A stretch of DNA of 64,000 nucleotides from an uncultured Prevotella sp. (GCA_945869265.1 CAMBOI010000007.1:6985-70984); one strand, 5' to 3'; counted from the stretch's first letter, positions 28,789 through 38,068 are shown. Translations and numbers: made by a program. Notes: generated from the letters alone by a model not told the origin.

Positions 28789-29421
28789 ATGGTAAAAAGT
28801 ACAGGCGATGGATTAAAACGAGGACATATCGGCGGTATGGTCTTTAGAGTGGTCAACGGCAAGCAGGTGATACAGGAAATGCCGTCGAGCTACAGGGACC
28901 GCAAGAGCGAAAAACAATTAAGACAGCGCAGTGGCATGAAGAACATCGTGGCTGCCTATCGTTTGGTTAGCAAGGCCATCCAAGAGTGTTTTGAGGATGC
29001 CGAGGGAACCAAGCGTCCCTATCATAGGTTTCTATATCACAACTTGCTGCTCGACCCAGTGGCTATGACTGCGAATACGATAGAGACGGGCAGGTGGATT
29101 CCCGCTGATTATTTCCTTTCCTTCGGTTCGCTTCCAGAACTTCATCCCGAAGTCAGGGATGATGGCGTCTTGTTTGTGCCTATTAATACCAGGGAATGGC
29201 AGTCGGGCGATGCACTCCGTGTGATAAAGATTTTCCTAAGGCAACGTTTTGACGACGGAACAGTGGGCACATTCATGGAGATGGAGGACATTTACTGCCG
29301 ACCGGGAATTGACTATGAGATGAACATCTCTGACCCAAATCTCATAGCCGTCGCCTGCATACACAAGCGGCTGACAGGCTCTAAATGGAAATGCTCCACA
29401 CAACGTCTCATCCTCCTCTGA
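28789..29421 (+). CDS. hypothetical cytoplasmic protein (210 aa)
   Basis: Clean ORF with its own -7 box and no signal peptide. The basic N-terminus (GHIGGMVFRVVNGKQVIQEMP...KSEKQLRQR) faintly resembles Bacteroidota-specific DUF families, but I cannot name one. Confidence 0.5.
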   Translation: MVKSTGDGLKRGHIGGMVFRVVNGKQVIQEMPSSYRDRKSEKQLRQRSGMKNIVAAYRLVSKAIQECFEDAEGTKRPYHRFLYHNLLLDPVAMTANTIETGRWIPADYFLSFGSLPELHPEVRDDGVLFVPINTREWQSGDALRVIKIFLRQRFDDGTVGTFMEMEDIYCRPGIDYEMNISDPNLIAVACIHKRLTGSKWKCSTQRLILL

Positions 29422-29464
29422 CGCACCGCCGTCAGAAGTCTCTCACCCTATTGTTCCTCAATAG

Positions 29465-29565
29465 TGAATTCGATGTGAATTCGATATAAACTCGATATGA
29501 ATTCGATGTGAAGCCTATAACGGAACGACTTCACATAGGATTCACATCGGGTGCATATCGGAATT
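29465..29565. repeat. array of 11-bp repeats arranged as a long imperfect palindrome
   Basis: Left arm 29465-29513: tgaattcgatg tgaattcgata taaactcgata tgaattcgatg tgaag. A 15-nt spacer follows. Right arm 29529-29565 carries the inverted units cttcacatagg attcacatcgg gtgcatatcgg aatt. Confidence 0.8.
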
Positions 29566-29748
29566 AGGGTAGGGTTACATACCAATAATGTATGAGCAAT
29601 ACTTATCAGATCCACGCGATTCACGTCAATTGCAATATTGAAAAAGCCATCTCCATACACGTTTCCATTTTCAGTAGTTTGTTCGGCAAAAGTTATTAAA
29701 AAAGAATAAATATTTTGGGGAATATGCCTTACTTCGGGAAATAACTCG

Positions 29749-29756
29749 TAATTTTG
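29749..29756 (+). promoter_or_regulatory. -7 promoter box TAatTTTG
   Basis: ctcgTAATTTTGtagcc lies 47 nt upstream of ATG 29804. Confidence 0.4.
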
Positions 29757-29803
29757 TAGCCTGTAAACAGAATTAGCATTAGAAAACAAAGGGAAGAAAT
29801 AGC

Positions 29804-30169
29804 ATGATATACTGTATTTCGAAAACAATGGAGATATCGGCATGCCATAATCTCACTCTTACCTACGAGAGCAAATGCAGCCGAAAGCACGGGCACAACT
29901 GGGAGGTGACGGTGTATTGCGCCACCAATAGGAAGAATGACGACGGTATGGTAATCGACTTCAAACACGTGAAAGACCGCATACATGGTTATCTCGACCA
30001 TGGCGACCTCAACGAACTGCTGCCGTTTAATCCCACTGCCGAGAACATTGCCGAATGGATAGTCAACGAAATAGACTGCTGCTATAAAGCCGTAGTGAAG
30101 GAAAGCTATGGCAATGTGGCAATGGCTATTGACGATGAATTCCCTATTGACCCTAAATTCCTGATGTGA
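29804..30169 (+). CDS. queD: 6-carboxy-5,6,7,8-tetrahydropterin synthase
   Basis: 121 aa with ISACHNL...CSRKHGHNWEV (QueD/PTPS zinc-ligand His pattern). Confidence 0.85.
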   Translation: MIYCISKTMEISACHNLTLTYESKCSRKHGHNWEVTVYCATNRKNDDGMVIDFKHVKDRIHGYLDHGDLNELLPFNPTAENIAEWIVNEIDCCYKAVVKESYGNVAMAIDDEFPIDPKFLM

Positions 30170-30196
30170 CCCAATGTGACAAAACAAGGATACGAC

Positions 30197-30802
30197 ATGA
30201 AGAAATATAGGGTCAACGAAATATTCTATTCAATACAAGGCGAGGGCCACAACACGGGTCGTGCCGCCTTGTTTGTGCGTATGAGCGGATGTAATCTCAA
30301 ATGCCCTTTCTGTGATACCGACCATCATCCATCTGTCGATATGACTGCCAATGAGATATGTGAAGAGGCGGTGAGGCAAACTGGAGGAACAGAAGGCATA
30401 TTGGTTGTATTGACGGGAGGCGAACCCACATTGCAGGTGGACGAACCACTTGTGGAGGCTCTGCACTCCGCCATCCCGCATTGCGAAATAGCCATCGAAA
30501 CCAATGGCACTCATCCAGTGGCAAAGGGCATTGACTGGATTACGCTTTCACCCAAAAACCTCTTTGTTTCCTCTGCCGACATTATATTGTTGAAGGCAGA
30601 TGAACTGAAGGTCGTTTTCGATGGCATTCACCCTATACCCTCTTATGACAAAATCGATTGTCATTGCCGTTATGTACAACCTTGCGATACTGGCGATGAC
30701 ACACGCAATGCCGACATTATCAACCAGACAATCGATTTTGTCAAACACAATCCCCAATGGACGATATCACTTCAAACACATAAGTTCTTGCAGGTAAAAT
30801 AA
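30197..30802 (+). CDS. queE: 7-carboxy-7-deazaguanine synthase (radical SAM)
   Basis: MKKYRVNEIFYSIQGEGHNTGRAALFVRMSGCNLKCPFCDT. Start set to ATG 30197. Confidence 0.85.
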   Translation: MKKYRVNEIFYSIQGEGHNTGRAALFVRMSGCNLKCPFCDTDHHPSVDMTANEICEEAVRQTGGTEGILVVLTGGEPTLQVDEPLVEALHSAIPHCEIAIETNGTHPVAKGIDWITLSPKNLFVSSADIILLKADELKVVFDGIHPIPSYDKIDCHCRYVQPCDTGDDTRNADIINQTIDFVKHNPQWTISLQTHKFLQVK

Positions 30803-30813
30803 ACTTCTTTTTA

Positions 30814-30912
30814 TTACATCTCCACCTGCGACACCACCTCTCCATCGAAGAGGTTGACTATGCGGTCGGCATAGTTGGCGTCGTGCTGCGAGTGGGTCAT
30901 CATGATTATTGT
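30814..30912 (-). pseudogene. C-terminal stump (about 32 codons) of an ABC transporter ATP-binding protein
   Basis: The minus-strand frame reads TIIMMTHSQHDANYADRIVNLFDGEVVSQVEM*, the H-loop/C-terminal end of a LolD/MacB-type ATPase. An in-frame stop lies immediately upstream (30913-30915), with no Walker A/B or signature motif. Confidence 0.65.
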
Positions 30913-30938
30913 TCATCGCATCTCTTTTCACTTCCTAC

Positions 30939-31880
30939 CTACTCCTTGAATAGGTCCTTTATGCCACCGATGCTGCCCATGAGATTGGTGGCCTCGTAGG
31001 GCAGATATACAGTCTTGGTCTTGTCGCCTTCTGCCACTTGCTGCAGCATCATGATGTATTTCTGTGCAAGGAGATAGTTGGCGGGATTGGTGCTCTTGCC
31101 CACAGCCTCAGTGATTTTCTGAATGGCTATTGCCTCAGCCTCAGCCTTGCGGATGCGGGCCTGTGCCTCACCCTCAGCCTTGAGGATGGCTTGCTGCTTC
31201 TCTGCTTCGGCGCGATTGATGGTAGCCATCTTCTCGCCTTCCGACTGCAGGATGTCGCTCGCCTTCTTTCCCTCAGAAGTGAGGATAGTGGCGCGCTTGT
31301 TGCGCTCTGCTTGCATCTGCTTCTCCATGGCCGTGAGCACGCTTTCGGGAGGAGTGATGTCTTGCAGTTCTACGCGGTTTACCTTAATACCCCATTTGTT
31401 GGTGGCATCGTCGAGCACCACGCGCAGTTTGGTGTTGATAGTGTCGCGCGAGGTGAGCGTCTCATCGAGTTCCAGTTCACCGATGATATTACGCAGTGTT
31501 GTCTGCGTGAGTTTCTCGATAGCGTTGGGCAGGTTGTTGATTTCATATACCGCTTTGAATGGATCTACAATCTGGAAATAGAGTAGTGCGTTGATTTCCG
31601 TCTGTACGTTATCCTTGGTGATAACGTTCTGCTTGGGGAAATCATATACCTGCTCCCTCAGGTCGATGTTGTTAGTATATACATACCGTCCTCTCACCAT
31701 CGCTACAATATCCTTTGCCCTATCTACAAAGGGGATTATGATGTTGACACCTGGCTTGAGGGTAGCATGATAGCGACCGAGCCTCTCGATAATTCTCGTT
31801 TCCGACTGTGGGATGATAACAAGCGCCATCTTTGCAAACAAAAGAATGCAAACCACAATAACTATTAATACGTACGTCAT
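30939..31880 (-). CDS. SPFH/band-7 (stomatin-like) membrane protein
   Basis: N-terminal TM helix, SPFH core (IIPQSETRIIERLGRYHATLKPG), and a coiled-coil Ala/Glu-rich C-terminus. Confidence 0.88.
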   Translation of the reverse strand: MTYVLIVIVVCILLFAKMALVIIPQSETRIIERLGRYHATLKPGVNIIIPFVDRAKDIVAMVRGRYVYTNNIDLREQVYDFPKQNVITKDNVQTEINALLYFQIVDPFKAVYEINNLPNAIEKLTQTTLRNIIGELELDETLTSRDTINTKLRVVLDDATNKWGIKVNRVELQDITPPESVLTAMEKQMQAERNKRATILTSEGKKASDILQSEGEKMATINRAEAEKQQAILKAEGEAQARIRKAEAEAIAIQKITEAVGKSTNPANYLLAQKYIMMLQQVAEGDKTKTVYLPYEATNLMGSIGGIKDLFKE

Positions 31881-31891
31881 ACTTTTTTTAA

Positions 31892-31926
31892 TTAAGAATT
31901 AAGAATTAAAAAATAAAAATTAGGAA
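31892..31926. repeat. five tandem heptamers TTA(A/G)(A/G)AA
   Basis: ttaagaa ttaagaa ttaaaaa ataaaaa ttaggaa lies between the NfeD stop (31920-31922) and the SPFH start (31880). Here it is in the opposite orientation relative to the genes. Confidence 0.8.
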
Positions 31927-32381
31927 TTAACCGGTTTTACGGTGAGGATGATGCTGTCGCGTGATAATACCTCGACGATAGCCCCCATAGGGATATCCTC
32001 GGCGATGTCGTCGGCAAGTTTGGATTTCCATACGTCACCATCAATAGCCACCCAACCGTAGTCGCCACGGCGGATGTCGCTGTTGGCTTTACCTCTGCGC
32101 CCGATGAGGGCATCGGCATTGCTTGCCCTTCCGGACACATTCTCTTCTACATCGTGCCGACGGGCAAAATACTTCTTTACTATGGCAAGCGATACAATCG
32201 TTGCCACCACGAATACCGCCAACTGGGCTGCAATGCCCATAAACGGCGACACGATGGCAGCAACTGCGGCACCCACAGCAAAGCAGAGCAGTACGAGTCC
32301 ACCGCTCATCAATTCAAAAATAACGCATAACACGGCTGCTACAGCCCATATTATCCATGCATTTTCGGCAATCCATTCCAT
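31920..32381 (-). CDS. NfeD-family membrane protein (partner of SPFH protein)
   Basis: Three N-terminal TM helices plus a C-terminal OB-like soluble domain (GWVAIDGDVWKSK). Classic NfeD-stomatin operon arrangement. Confidence 0.8.
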   Translation of the reverse strand: MEWIAENAWIIWAVAAVLCVIFELMSGGLVLLCFAVGAAVAAIVSPFMGIAAQLAVFVVATIVSLAIVKKYFARRHDVEENVSGRASNADALIGRRGKANSDIRRGDYGWVAIDGDVWKSKLADDIAEDIPMGAIVEVLSRDSIILTVKPVNS

Positions 32382-32475
32382 ATATTTGCAATGTAATAAT
32401 GATTAATGCTGCAAATATACGAATAAATTGCCGAAAATAGTGCAAAAAGCAATTGTTTTTATATTTTATTGACAA

Positions 32476-33492
32476 TCAAAATCTTGTCATGAACTCTATT
32501 ACAAACTTGTCCTTCTCCGATGGTTTGGCAATGGCTCCCTCGCGATAGAAATATTTCTCGAAGTTGATGCGTATGTCGGAAACGAAGGGAGTGGCAAGAC
32601 TGAGAGTTACTCCAGCTGTCACACGATGACGCTCGTAGTCGGTGATATTGAATGAGCCGTCGTCGTTGATGGATGTACCGTCGCTATGGTCGCTCATGAA
32701 GTCGTAGCGTGCCAGTGGCGACACCTTCTTGATGAAGCTCTTCTTGCTCTTGGAGGGAATATCGTAGTTGATGAATCCGTCGAACGAGTGGACATCCGAG
32801 AACACACCGTTGCTATAGTGCTTGAAGAGATATTCTGCCTCGATATGCCATCCGCGAGAGTGCCAGTATGTGCCGGCATCATACATCATCACCGAATTGT
32901 CGGCAGGTGAAATCTTCTGTGTGCTCAATGTCACGTTGAAGCCCTCGGGCAGGAAGAACTGGGCTTTGGCCGAGAAGTTGATCTTCTTTGTCCAGTAGTT
33001 CTTCTGGTTGGTCAATCCCGAACCATTAAACAATCCTCCCTCAAGTATTACCGGAGACTTACCCTTGAACTTATATCCCAGCGATGCACCTACGTCGCGC
33101 ACGTTACCCACCTGCTTTGCAATGAACGAGCGGTTGGCGAAATATTGCTGATGGGGAGAGCGGTGGGCATCGATAGTGAATGGCACACGAAATTGTCCGA
33201 TGGTGAAGTTGAGATTATCCACAGGAGTAAGACGCGTATAGGCATCGAGCATCTTGATGTTGCCCTCGTCGGAAAGGTCAACCTCAGCCTTGTAGCTCAC
33301 AGCATCCACCACCTTTCCCGAGATACTGATGCGGGCGTTGCGCACCTCAAATCGGCCTTCGCCCTCCTCGGTTTGGTATTCATACTTGGCCCTCACTGTT
33401 CCGTGTATTTCGGGTGTGAATTCCGTTTTCTTCTCCTGAGCTCCGCACACAGTTGCTGTGGCGAGCATGGTTGCGATAAAAAATAGTTTCAT
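32476..33492 (-). CDS. outer-membrane porin (phosphate-selective porin O/P-like)
   Basis: Signal peptide MKLFFIATMLATATVCGAQ. RFEVRNARISISGKV....GQFRVPF pattern. Ends ...IEFMTRF. Start set to ATG 33492. A -7 box TAtcTTTG is on the minus strand at 33517-33524. Confidence 0.7.
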   Translation of the reverse strand: MKLFFIATMLATATVCGAQEKKTEFTPEIHGTVRAKYEYQTEEGEGRFEVRNARISISGKVVDAVSYKAEVDLSDEGNIKMLDAYTRLTPVDNLNFTIGQFRVPFTIDAHRSPHQQYFANRSFIAKQVGNVRDVGASLGYKFKGKSPVILEGGLFNGSGLTNQKNYWTKKINFSAKAQFFLPEGFNVTLSTQKISPADNSVMMYDAGTYWHSRGWHIEAEYLFKHYSNGVFSDVHSFDGFINYDIPSKSKKSFIKKVSPLARYDFMSDHSDGTSINDDGSFNITDYERHRVTAGVTLSLATPFVSDIRINFEKYFYREGAIAKPSEKDKFVIEFMTRF

Positions 33493-33601
33493 ATCGTTGC
33501 TTTGTTTTTTCGGGTGCAAAGATATGATATATATGTTACAAACGTGTTACAAGAATGATAAATTCCTGTAACATCATATTATTATTAAACACAACTTGTT
33601 A

Positions 33602-34567
33602 TTATTCTCTGTGCCTCTGAGTCTCTGTGTTCAATAATAACTTTTCCTTTACCACCGAGGTATTGTTGCGAGATACGGGGATGGGTTTGTCGGTACCGAA
33701 TATCTGCAGCTGATAGGCAGAGTTGCGATTAGACATCGACACGACGAAGTTGAGATTGACGATGAAGGCCCGATGACATTGCACCATAAACGGTTCGCCG
33801 CCAATGCTCTCCATAATCTGCTTGAGCGTGATTCGCATCATCTTGTGGCGCACCTCGTCTGATTCCATATAACATATATTGGCATAGTTGGACATCGACT
33901 CCACATATATTATATTAGAGGGTGGAAGAATGAGTGTGCTGTTGCCTGTGGCTCCCACTAGGTGGCATTGGCGCACTTCCTCGCAGGGAGTATTGTCGAT
34001 TGTTTCATCCTCCTTTTCTGTCTGTTCGGCAATGGCTTTCTGCCTTTCCTCAAGCAAGGCATTGATGGTGCGCACCTCTTCGAGCTGATGGCGAAGATGC
34101 CAGTTGCGGTTGCGCACGTAGGTGCCGATATACAGGAATATGCATGTGGCTGAGACGTAGTATATGTAGTCAAAGAAATAATCAAAGTGAAATTGTCCGC
34201 CATGCCACCATGGTTTGATGGGATTATTGCAGAAGAAGAATCCCCCGAAGAGGGTGAGCGCGAGGGCGAGGATGGGGATATTGATTATATAGTTGACGAT
34301 AGAGTTGCGATGTACAGTGTTGAGCGGCAACTTGGGGTCCATAGGCATGCGGAGGATGTGGGCAGTGAATAAACCGATAATCATACTGACCACAGTGGTG
34401 ATGACACTCTGTGCGAGGAAGAACAGAGGGCGACCTTCGTGGATAGTCTCGACATTGAATGGCATGGTGAGCCATAACAAAAGGAATACGAATATGCCGG
34501 CATACACACTTTCGTGTATGATGCGGATGTTTATTGGTTCTTTTAATTGTCTTTTCATCATCGTCAT
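33602..34567 (-). CDS. membrane-anchored LytTR-domain DNA-binding protein (no receiver domain), copy 1
   Basis: About 4 TM helices, coiled segment HQLEEVRTINALLEERQ, an acidic linker, and a C-terminal LytTR domain (IIYVESMSNYANICYM...QCHRAFIVNLNFV). Start set to ATG 34567 (MTMMKRQ), 17 nt downstream of a -7 box. Confidence 0.85.
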   Translation of the reverse strand: MTMMKRQLKEPINIRIIHESVYAGIFVFLLLWLTMPFNVETIHEGRPLFFLAQSVITTVVSMIIGLFTAHILRMPMDPKLPLNTVHRNSIVNYIINIPILALALTLFGGFFFCNNPIKPWWHGGQFHFDYFFDYIYYVSATCIFLYIGTYVRNRNWHLRHQLEEVRTINALLEERQKAIAEQTEKEDETIDNTPCEEVRQCHLVGATGNSTLILPPSNIIYVESMSNYANICYMESDEVRHKMMRITLKQIMESIGGEPFMVQCHRAFIVNLNFVVSMSNRNSAYQLQIFGTDKPIPVSRNNTSVVKEKLLLNTETQRHRE

Positions 34568-34584
34568 AATTTCAAATTCGACTG

Positions 34585-34652
34585 CAAAGATACACCATTT
34601 ATCCCACATTTCCAAACATTTGGGACAAATGGTAGGGATATGTGACGAATGG
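34585..34652 (-). promoter_or_regulatory. LytTR1 promoter with upstream CCATTCGTCACATATCC / TGTCCCA boxes
   Basis: The minus strand reads ccattcgtcacatatcc-N8-tgtccca-aatgTTTGg-N19-TAtcTTTGcagtcg. It aligns without gaps to the cassettes at 40875-40948 and 48365-48438. Confidence 0.6.
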
Positions 34653-34717
34653 AAGACGTAATATCCCATTTCCTCTGCCTTATATCCCTTGCTATTGCAC
34701 AATCCAAATATCCACCG

Positions 34718-34725
34718 TAACTTTG
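34718..34725 (+). promoter_or_regulatory. -7 promoter box TAacTTTG
   Basis: ccgTAACTTTGcaacgg lies 17 nt upstream of ATG 34743. Confidence 0.5.
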
Positions 34726-34742
34726 CAACGGAAAATTTTTAA

Positions 34743-36941
34743 ATGAACAAAGATATGACGACATTGAAATTATGTTTGACGGCACTCGCCGCAATGTTGG
34801 GAGTGGCAACAGCCATGGCCCAGACGGAGAAGAAGGACACGGTTGACTACTCGCTCAACCTGCAGGAGTTTGTGGTGAAATCCACTGCTCCGCGAACAAA
34901 GATTAGAAACGGTGCTATGGTCACTCGCATTGTGGGTTCGCCATTGGAGTCGGCGGGCTCGGTTGAGGACATGCTCTCGCGTGTGCCCGGTATGATGCGC
35001 ATGGGTGGTCAGTTGCAGGTGATAGGAAAGGGTTCACCTATTTATTATATTAACGGACGAAAGGTGCAGGACCTTGAGGAACTGAAAAGATTGAGAAGTC
35101 AGGATATACGTGAGGTGGAGGTAGTCAACAGTCCGGGAGCTGCATACGATGCATCGGTGAACGCCGTGGTGAAGATAAAGACGCGTCGTCAGCAGGGTGA
35201 GGGGCTCAGTGGACGATTTGACGTGAGCGACGAACAGGCATTGAAGTCGGGCAACAACAACCTGACGTCCACCCTCAATCTAAACTATCGCCATGAGGGA
35301 CTTGATTTCTTTGGCGGTGTGACATTCCAAAACGACTATCTCGATGGTTATAGGTCACTGCTCGAGCAGAACACATACCTCAAGCAGAATACAAACTCAA
35401 TTGTTTCCCATACCCAAACCGGATATACCCAATCCGACCAGAAATTCTCGCGTATGTTCTTCAATGCGGGAGTCAACTGGCAATTTGACGATGACAACTT
35501 CATTGGAGTGAAGTTGGAGAGAGGTGTATGGTTGAAAAACCGCTACTGGTTTGAGATGGAGGAAGACGTGCTGCGCAATGGTATGAAGGAGGATTACCTG
35601 AAGTCGGAGAGCGACATCAAATACCAAAATCCAAATACCCTGCTCGTGAATGCATATTACAATGGAAAGATAGGCAAATGGGGTATTGACGCCAATGTGG
35701 ATTACTACTCGCAATGTGACAAGAACGACAATCATGTCAACGAGCAGGCAATGTCGGGTATGCGCACCGTGGAGTCGATGACCGAGAACAAGAGCCACCT
35801 CTTTGCTGCGCGACTTATTGCCGAACATCCTCTATGGACAGGCAAACTGCAGTTGGGTGGCGAATTGACCACCGTGTGTCGCGACAATGACTATCGCATC
35901 AGCGGTGTGGATAATATCTTCGACAGGATGTCGAAGGTGAACGAGCAGAACTATGCCGCTTTCTTCGAATATGGCATCATGATACCCAAGGCAGGAATGT
36001 TGACACTCGGGATGAGATATGAACATGTGGCATTCGACTTCGACGACAAGACCGACCCAATGCGCTCGGTGAAGAGAAATCATGACGATTTCTTCCCCTC
36101 GTTGTCTTTTGGTACGCGACTCGGAGACTTGCAGATGCAACTAAGCTATGGCATAAAGACCACACGCCCGTCCTACTATCAGTTGAGAAGCGAAATCGAC
36201 TATAGCAGCAAATACACACTGCAGACGGGTAATCCTCTGTTGGAAAACGAGATACGCCACACCCTCGACCTTTCGGGACGATGGAAATGGATAGCCTTCA
36301 ATGTCAACTACCTGCATATCAAGGATGCCATATACGACTGGACAACGCCATACGACGACAATGGAGTGGTGATGATAGGTATGGTTAACTTCGACCGTCC
36401 CATCGACGTGTTCTGTGCTTTTGTGAATGTATCGCCCACAGTGGGAGTGTGGACCACGAGCAATACAGTGGGAGTGCAGAAGCAGTGGCTCTCGTTTAAT
36501 CTCGACGACCCGCGCGAGGCAACAGACAAGCGCCATGTCACTTACGATAAACCGATGCTGATATTCAATAGCGACAATGCCTTCAGACTGAAACACGACT
36601 GGCAGTTGGAACTCAACTCGCAATTTTATAGCAAAGCTCATTATCGCAACGTGAAACTGATGCAGGCTTATTGGAATCTGACTGCCGCAGTGCAGAAGTC
36701 ATTCCTCAAGGACAAGTCGCTCGTAGTGCGCCTCTCGGTGGCCGACATCTTCAATACTGCAAAGCAAGATGCCCTTCTCGATCTCGGCAACTATACGCTG
36801 TTGAAGGGCGACGTGTTCGGAGAGGGACGAGGCAACTACAGTTTCCATCGAGTTTCACTCTCGGTGCGCTATGCCTTCAACGCCACCAAGAGCAAATATA
36901 AGGGCAAAGGAGCAGGACAGGATGTGATCAAGCGATTGTAG
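34743..36941 (+). CDS. TonB-dependent-receptor-like outer-membrane beta-barrel protein, copy 1
   Basis: Signal peptide, plug-like N-terminus (LQEFVVKS..., IYYINGRKVQDLEEL, VEVVNSPGAAYDAS), a long beta-barrel, and C-terminal tail FNATKSKYKGKGAG. Confidence 0.8.
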   Translation: MNKDMTTLKLCLTALAAMLGVATAMAQTEKKDTVDYSLNLQEFVVKSTAPRTKIRNGAMVTRIVGSPLESAGSVEDMLSRVPGMMRMGGQLQVIGKGSPIYYINGRKVQDLEELKRLRSQDIREVEVVNSPGAAYDASVNAVVKIKTRRQQGEGLSGRFDVSDEQALKSGNNNLTSTLNLNYRHEGLDFFGGVTFQNDYLDGYRSLLEQNTYLKQNTNSIVSHTQTGYTQSDQKFSRMFFNAGVNWQFDDDNFIGVKLERGVWLKNRYWFEMEEDVLRNGMKEDYLKSESDIKYQNPNTLLVNAYYNGKIGKWGIDANVDYYSQCDKNDNHVNEQAMSGMRTVESMTENKSHLFAARLIAEHPLWTGKLQLGGELTTVCRDNDYRISGVDNIFDRMSKVNEQNYAAFFEYGIMIPKAGMLTLGMRYEHVAFDFDDKTDPMRSVKRNHDDFFPSLSFGTRLGDLQMQLSYGIKTTRPSYYQLRSEIDYSSKYTLQTGNPLLENEIRHTLDLSGRWKWIAFNVNYLHIKDAIYDWTTPYDDNGVVMIGMVNFDRPIDVFCAFVNVSPTVGVWTTSNTVGVQKQWLSFNLDDPREATDKRHVTYDKPMLIFNSDNAFRLKHDWQLELNSQFYSKAHYRNVKLMQAYWNLTAAVQKSFLKDKSLVVRLSVADIFNTAKQDALLDLGNYTLLKGDVFGEGRGNYSFHRVSLSVRYAFNATKSKYKGKGAGQDVIKRL

Positions 36942-37830
36942 AGGGATTCTTAATCCTTTCCTTCACTTCGGCAGAATACTGCTTCGACACCAGTACGGTG
37001 TCATTGCCATACTGCATGACAAGTGCTATGCCACTGTTGCGACTCTCAACCTTTGCCACATGGCGCAGGTTGACGATGTAAGCACGGTGGCATTGCATTA
37101 TATATGACTGACGGCAGAGCAATTCCGACACATTCTTCATGCTCGTGCGAATAAGCATGTTGTTGGGCTTGTCGTCAATAATATAATATATGTTCACGTA
37201 GTTGCCCTCGGAGGTGGCAAATATCACTTGCGACGGACGCACATCAAGCGATTCCTTGGTGGCTCCGCTGATATTTATCACGGCATCGTCGTCGGCAGGA
37301 GTGGGAGAGATGGCGTCATTCGTCTGTGGTTCTGGCTGAGCCTCACGACGTTGTCTCTCCTGGAGCATACCATTGAGCAGTTGGGCTTCCTCGAGTTGAC
37401 GGATGAGATAGCGTTTTTTATACACACTGCGCCAATATACGTGTATCACTACCGTGGTGAAACAGTTGACCGCAATAACATAGCCGAGGGTTTGCCAACT
37501 GTAGTGGTTGTCAACTGTGGCGTTGTTGGCGAATGCATCAAGGAAGATGCACATTAATATCACGCTGAGAAATATATTGAGCGTCTCAAAGCGTATGTTG
37601 CGCTTGATGATATACTTGCTGCCGCGGGATATGTCGTTTGGCATACGGAATAGTTTCTCTACTGTCAGTTCGCTAATCAATACGCAAAACGCAATGATGA
37701 GCCCTAATCCTGCAAGCAGGGCCCATCTTATCCACCCGAAATGGTTGAGGCCGAAGGGTAGGAATACAGAGATGAAGAGAATGGCTATTAACGCACTCTG
37801 GAGTCTTTCTTTGATAATGGTTGTTTTCAT
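36928..37830 (-). CDS. membrane-anchored LytTR-domain DNA-binding protein (no receiver domain), copy 2
   Basis: Same architecture as copy 1 (4 TM, RQLEEAQLLNGMLQERQ, LytTR: VIFATSEGNYVNIYYI...QCHRAYIVNLRHV). Start set to ATG 37830 (MKTTIIKERL), 8 nt after a -7 box TActTTTG (minus strand, 37839-37846). The track start at 37860 is TTG. Confidence 0.8.
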   Translation of the reverse strand: MKTTIIKERLQSALIAILFISVFLPFGLNHFGWIRWALLAGLGLIIAFCVLISELTVEKLFRMPNDISRGSKYIIKRNIRFETLNIFLSVILMCIFLDAFANNATVDNHYSWQTLGYVIAVNCFTTVVIHVYWRSVYKKRYLIRQLEEAQLLNGMLQERQRREAQPEPQTNDAISPTPADDDAVINISGATKESLDVRPSQVIFATSEGNYVNIYYIIDDKPNNMLIRTSMKNVSELLCRQSYIMQCHRAYIVNLRHVAKVESRNSGIALVMQYGNDTVLVSKQYSAEVKERIKNPSTIA

Positions 37831-37903
37831 AAGCTCTGCAAAAGTACTAATTATTTTCAATATGTGGCTTTTTCTTTAGTTTTTTTAGCCAAAAATTTAT
37901 TCC

Positions 37904-37956
37904 ATTCGTCCCATTTTTTAGCTTTTCGTCACATTTTCAGCCTTTTCATCACATTT
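37904..37956 (+). promoter_or_regulatory. three direct repeats TTCGTCCCATTTT / TTCGTCACATTTT / TTCATCACATTTT with exact 20-bp phase
   Basis: Repeat starts are at 37904, 37924 and 37944, in the orientation of barrel gene 2, within the LytTR2/barrel2 divergent intergenic region. Confidence 0.6.
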
Positions 37957-38068
37957 TTGTCGATATATTGCAGCAAATCGTATTTTCTTAACGTCAAAAG
38001 GACGAAAACAAAATGAATATCGCATTTTTTGAGATTTATAAAGAATAAACATAATAATTGAAAAGAAT

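Noticed and set aside
29448-30187. Minus-strand ORFs (131 and 152 aa) across the 11-mer repeat array and queD.
   Set aside because: One is built from the tandem repeats (IEF...IEF peptide periodicity). The other is antisense to the well-supported queD. Neither has an upstream promoter box.
31038-31586. Two overlapping plus-strand ORFs (182 and 152 aa, Ala/Leu/Ser-rich) inside the SPFH gene.
   Set aside because: They mirror the Ala/Glu/Lys coiled-coil coding region of the stomatin-like gene on the opposite strand. They are low complexity, with no promoter and no motif.
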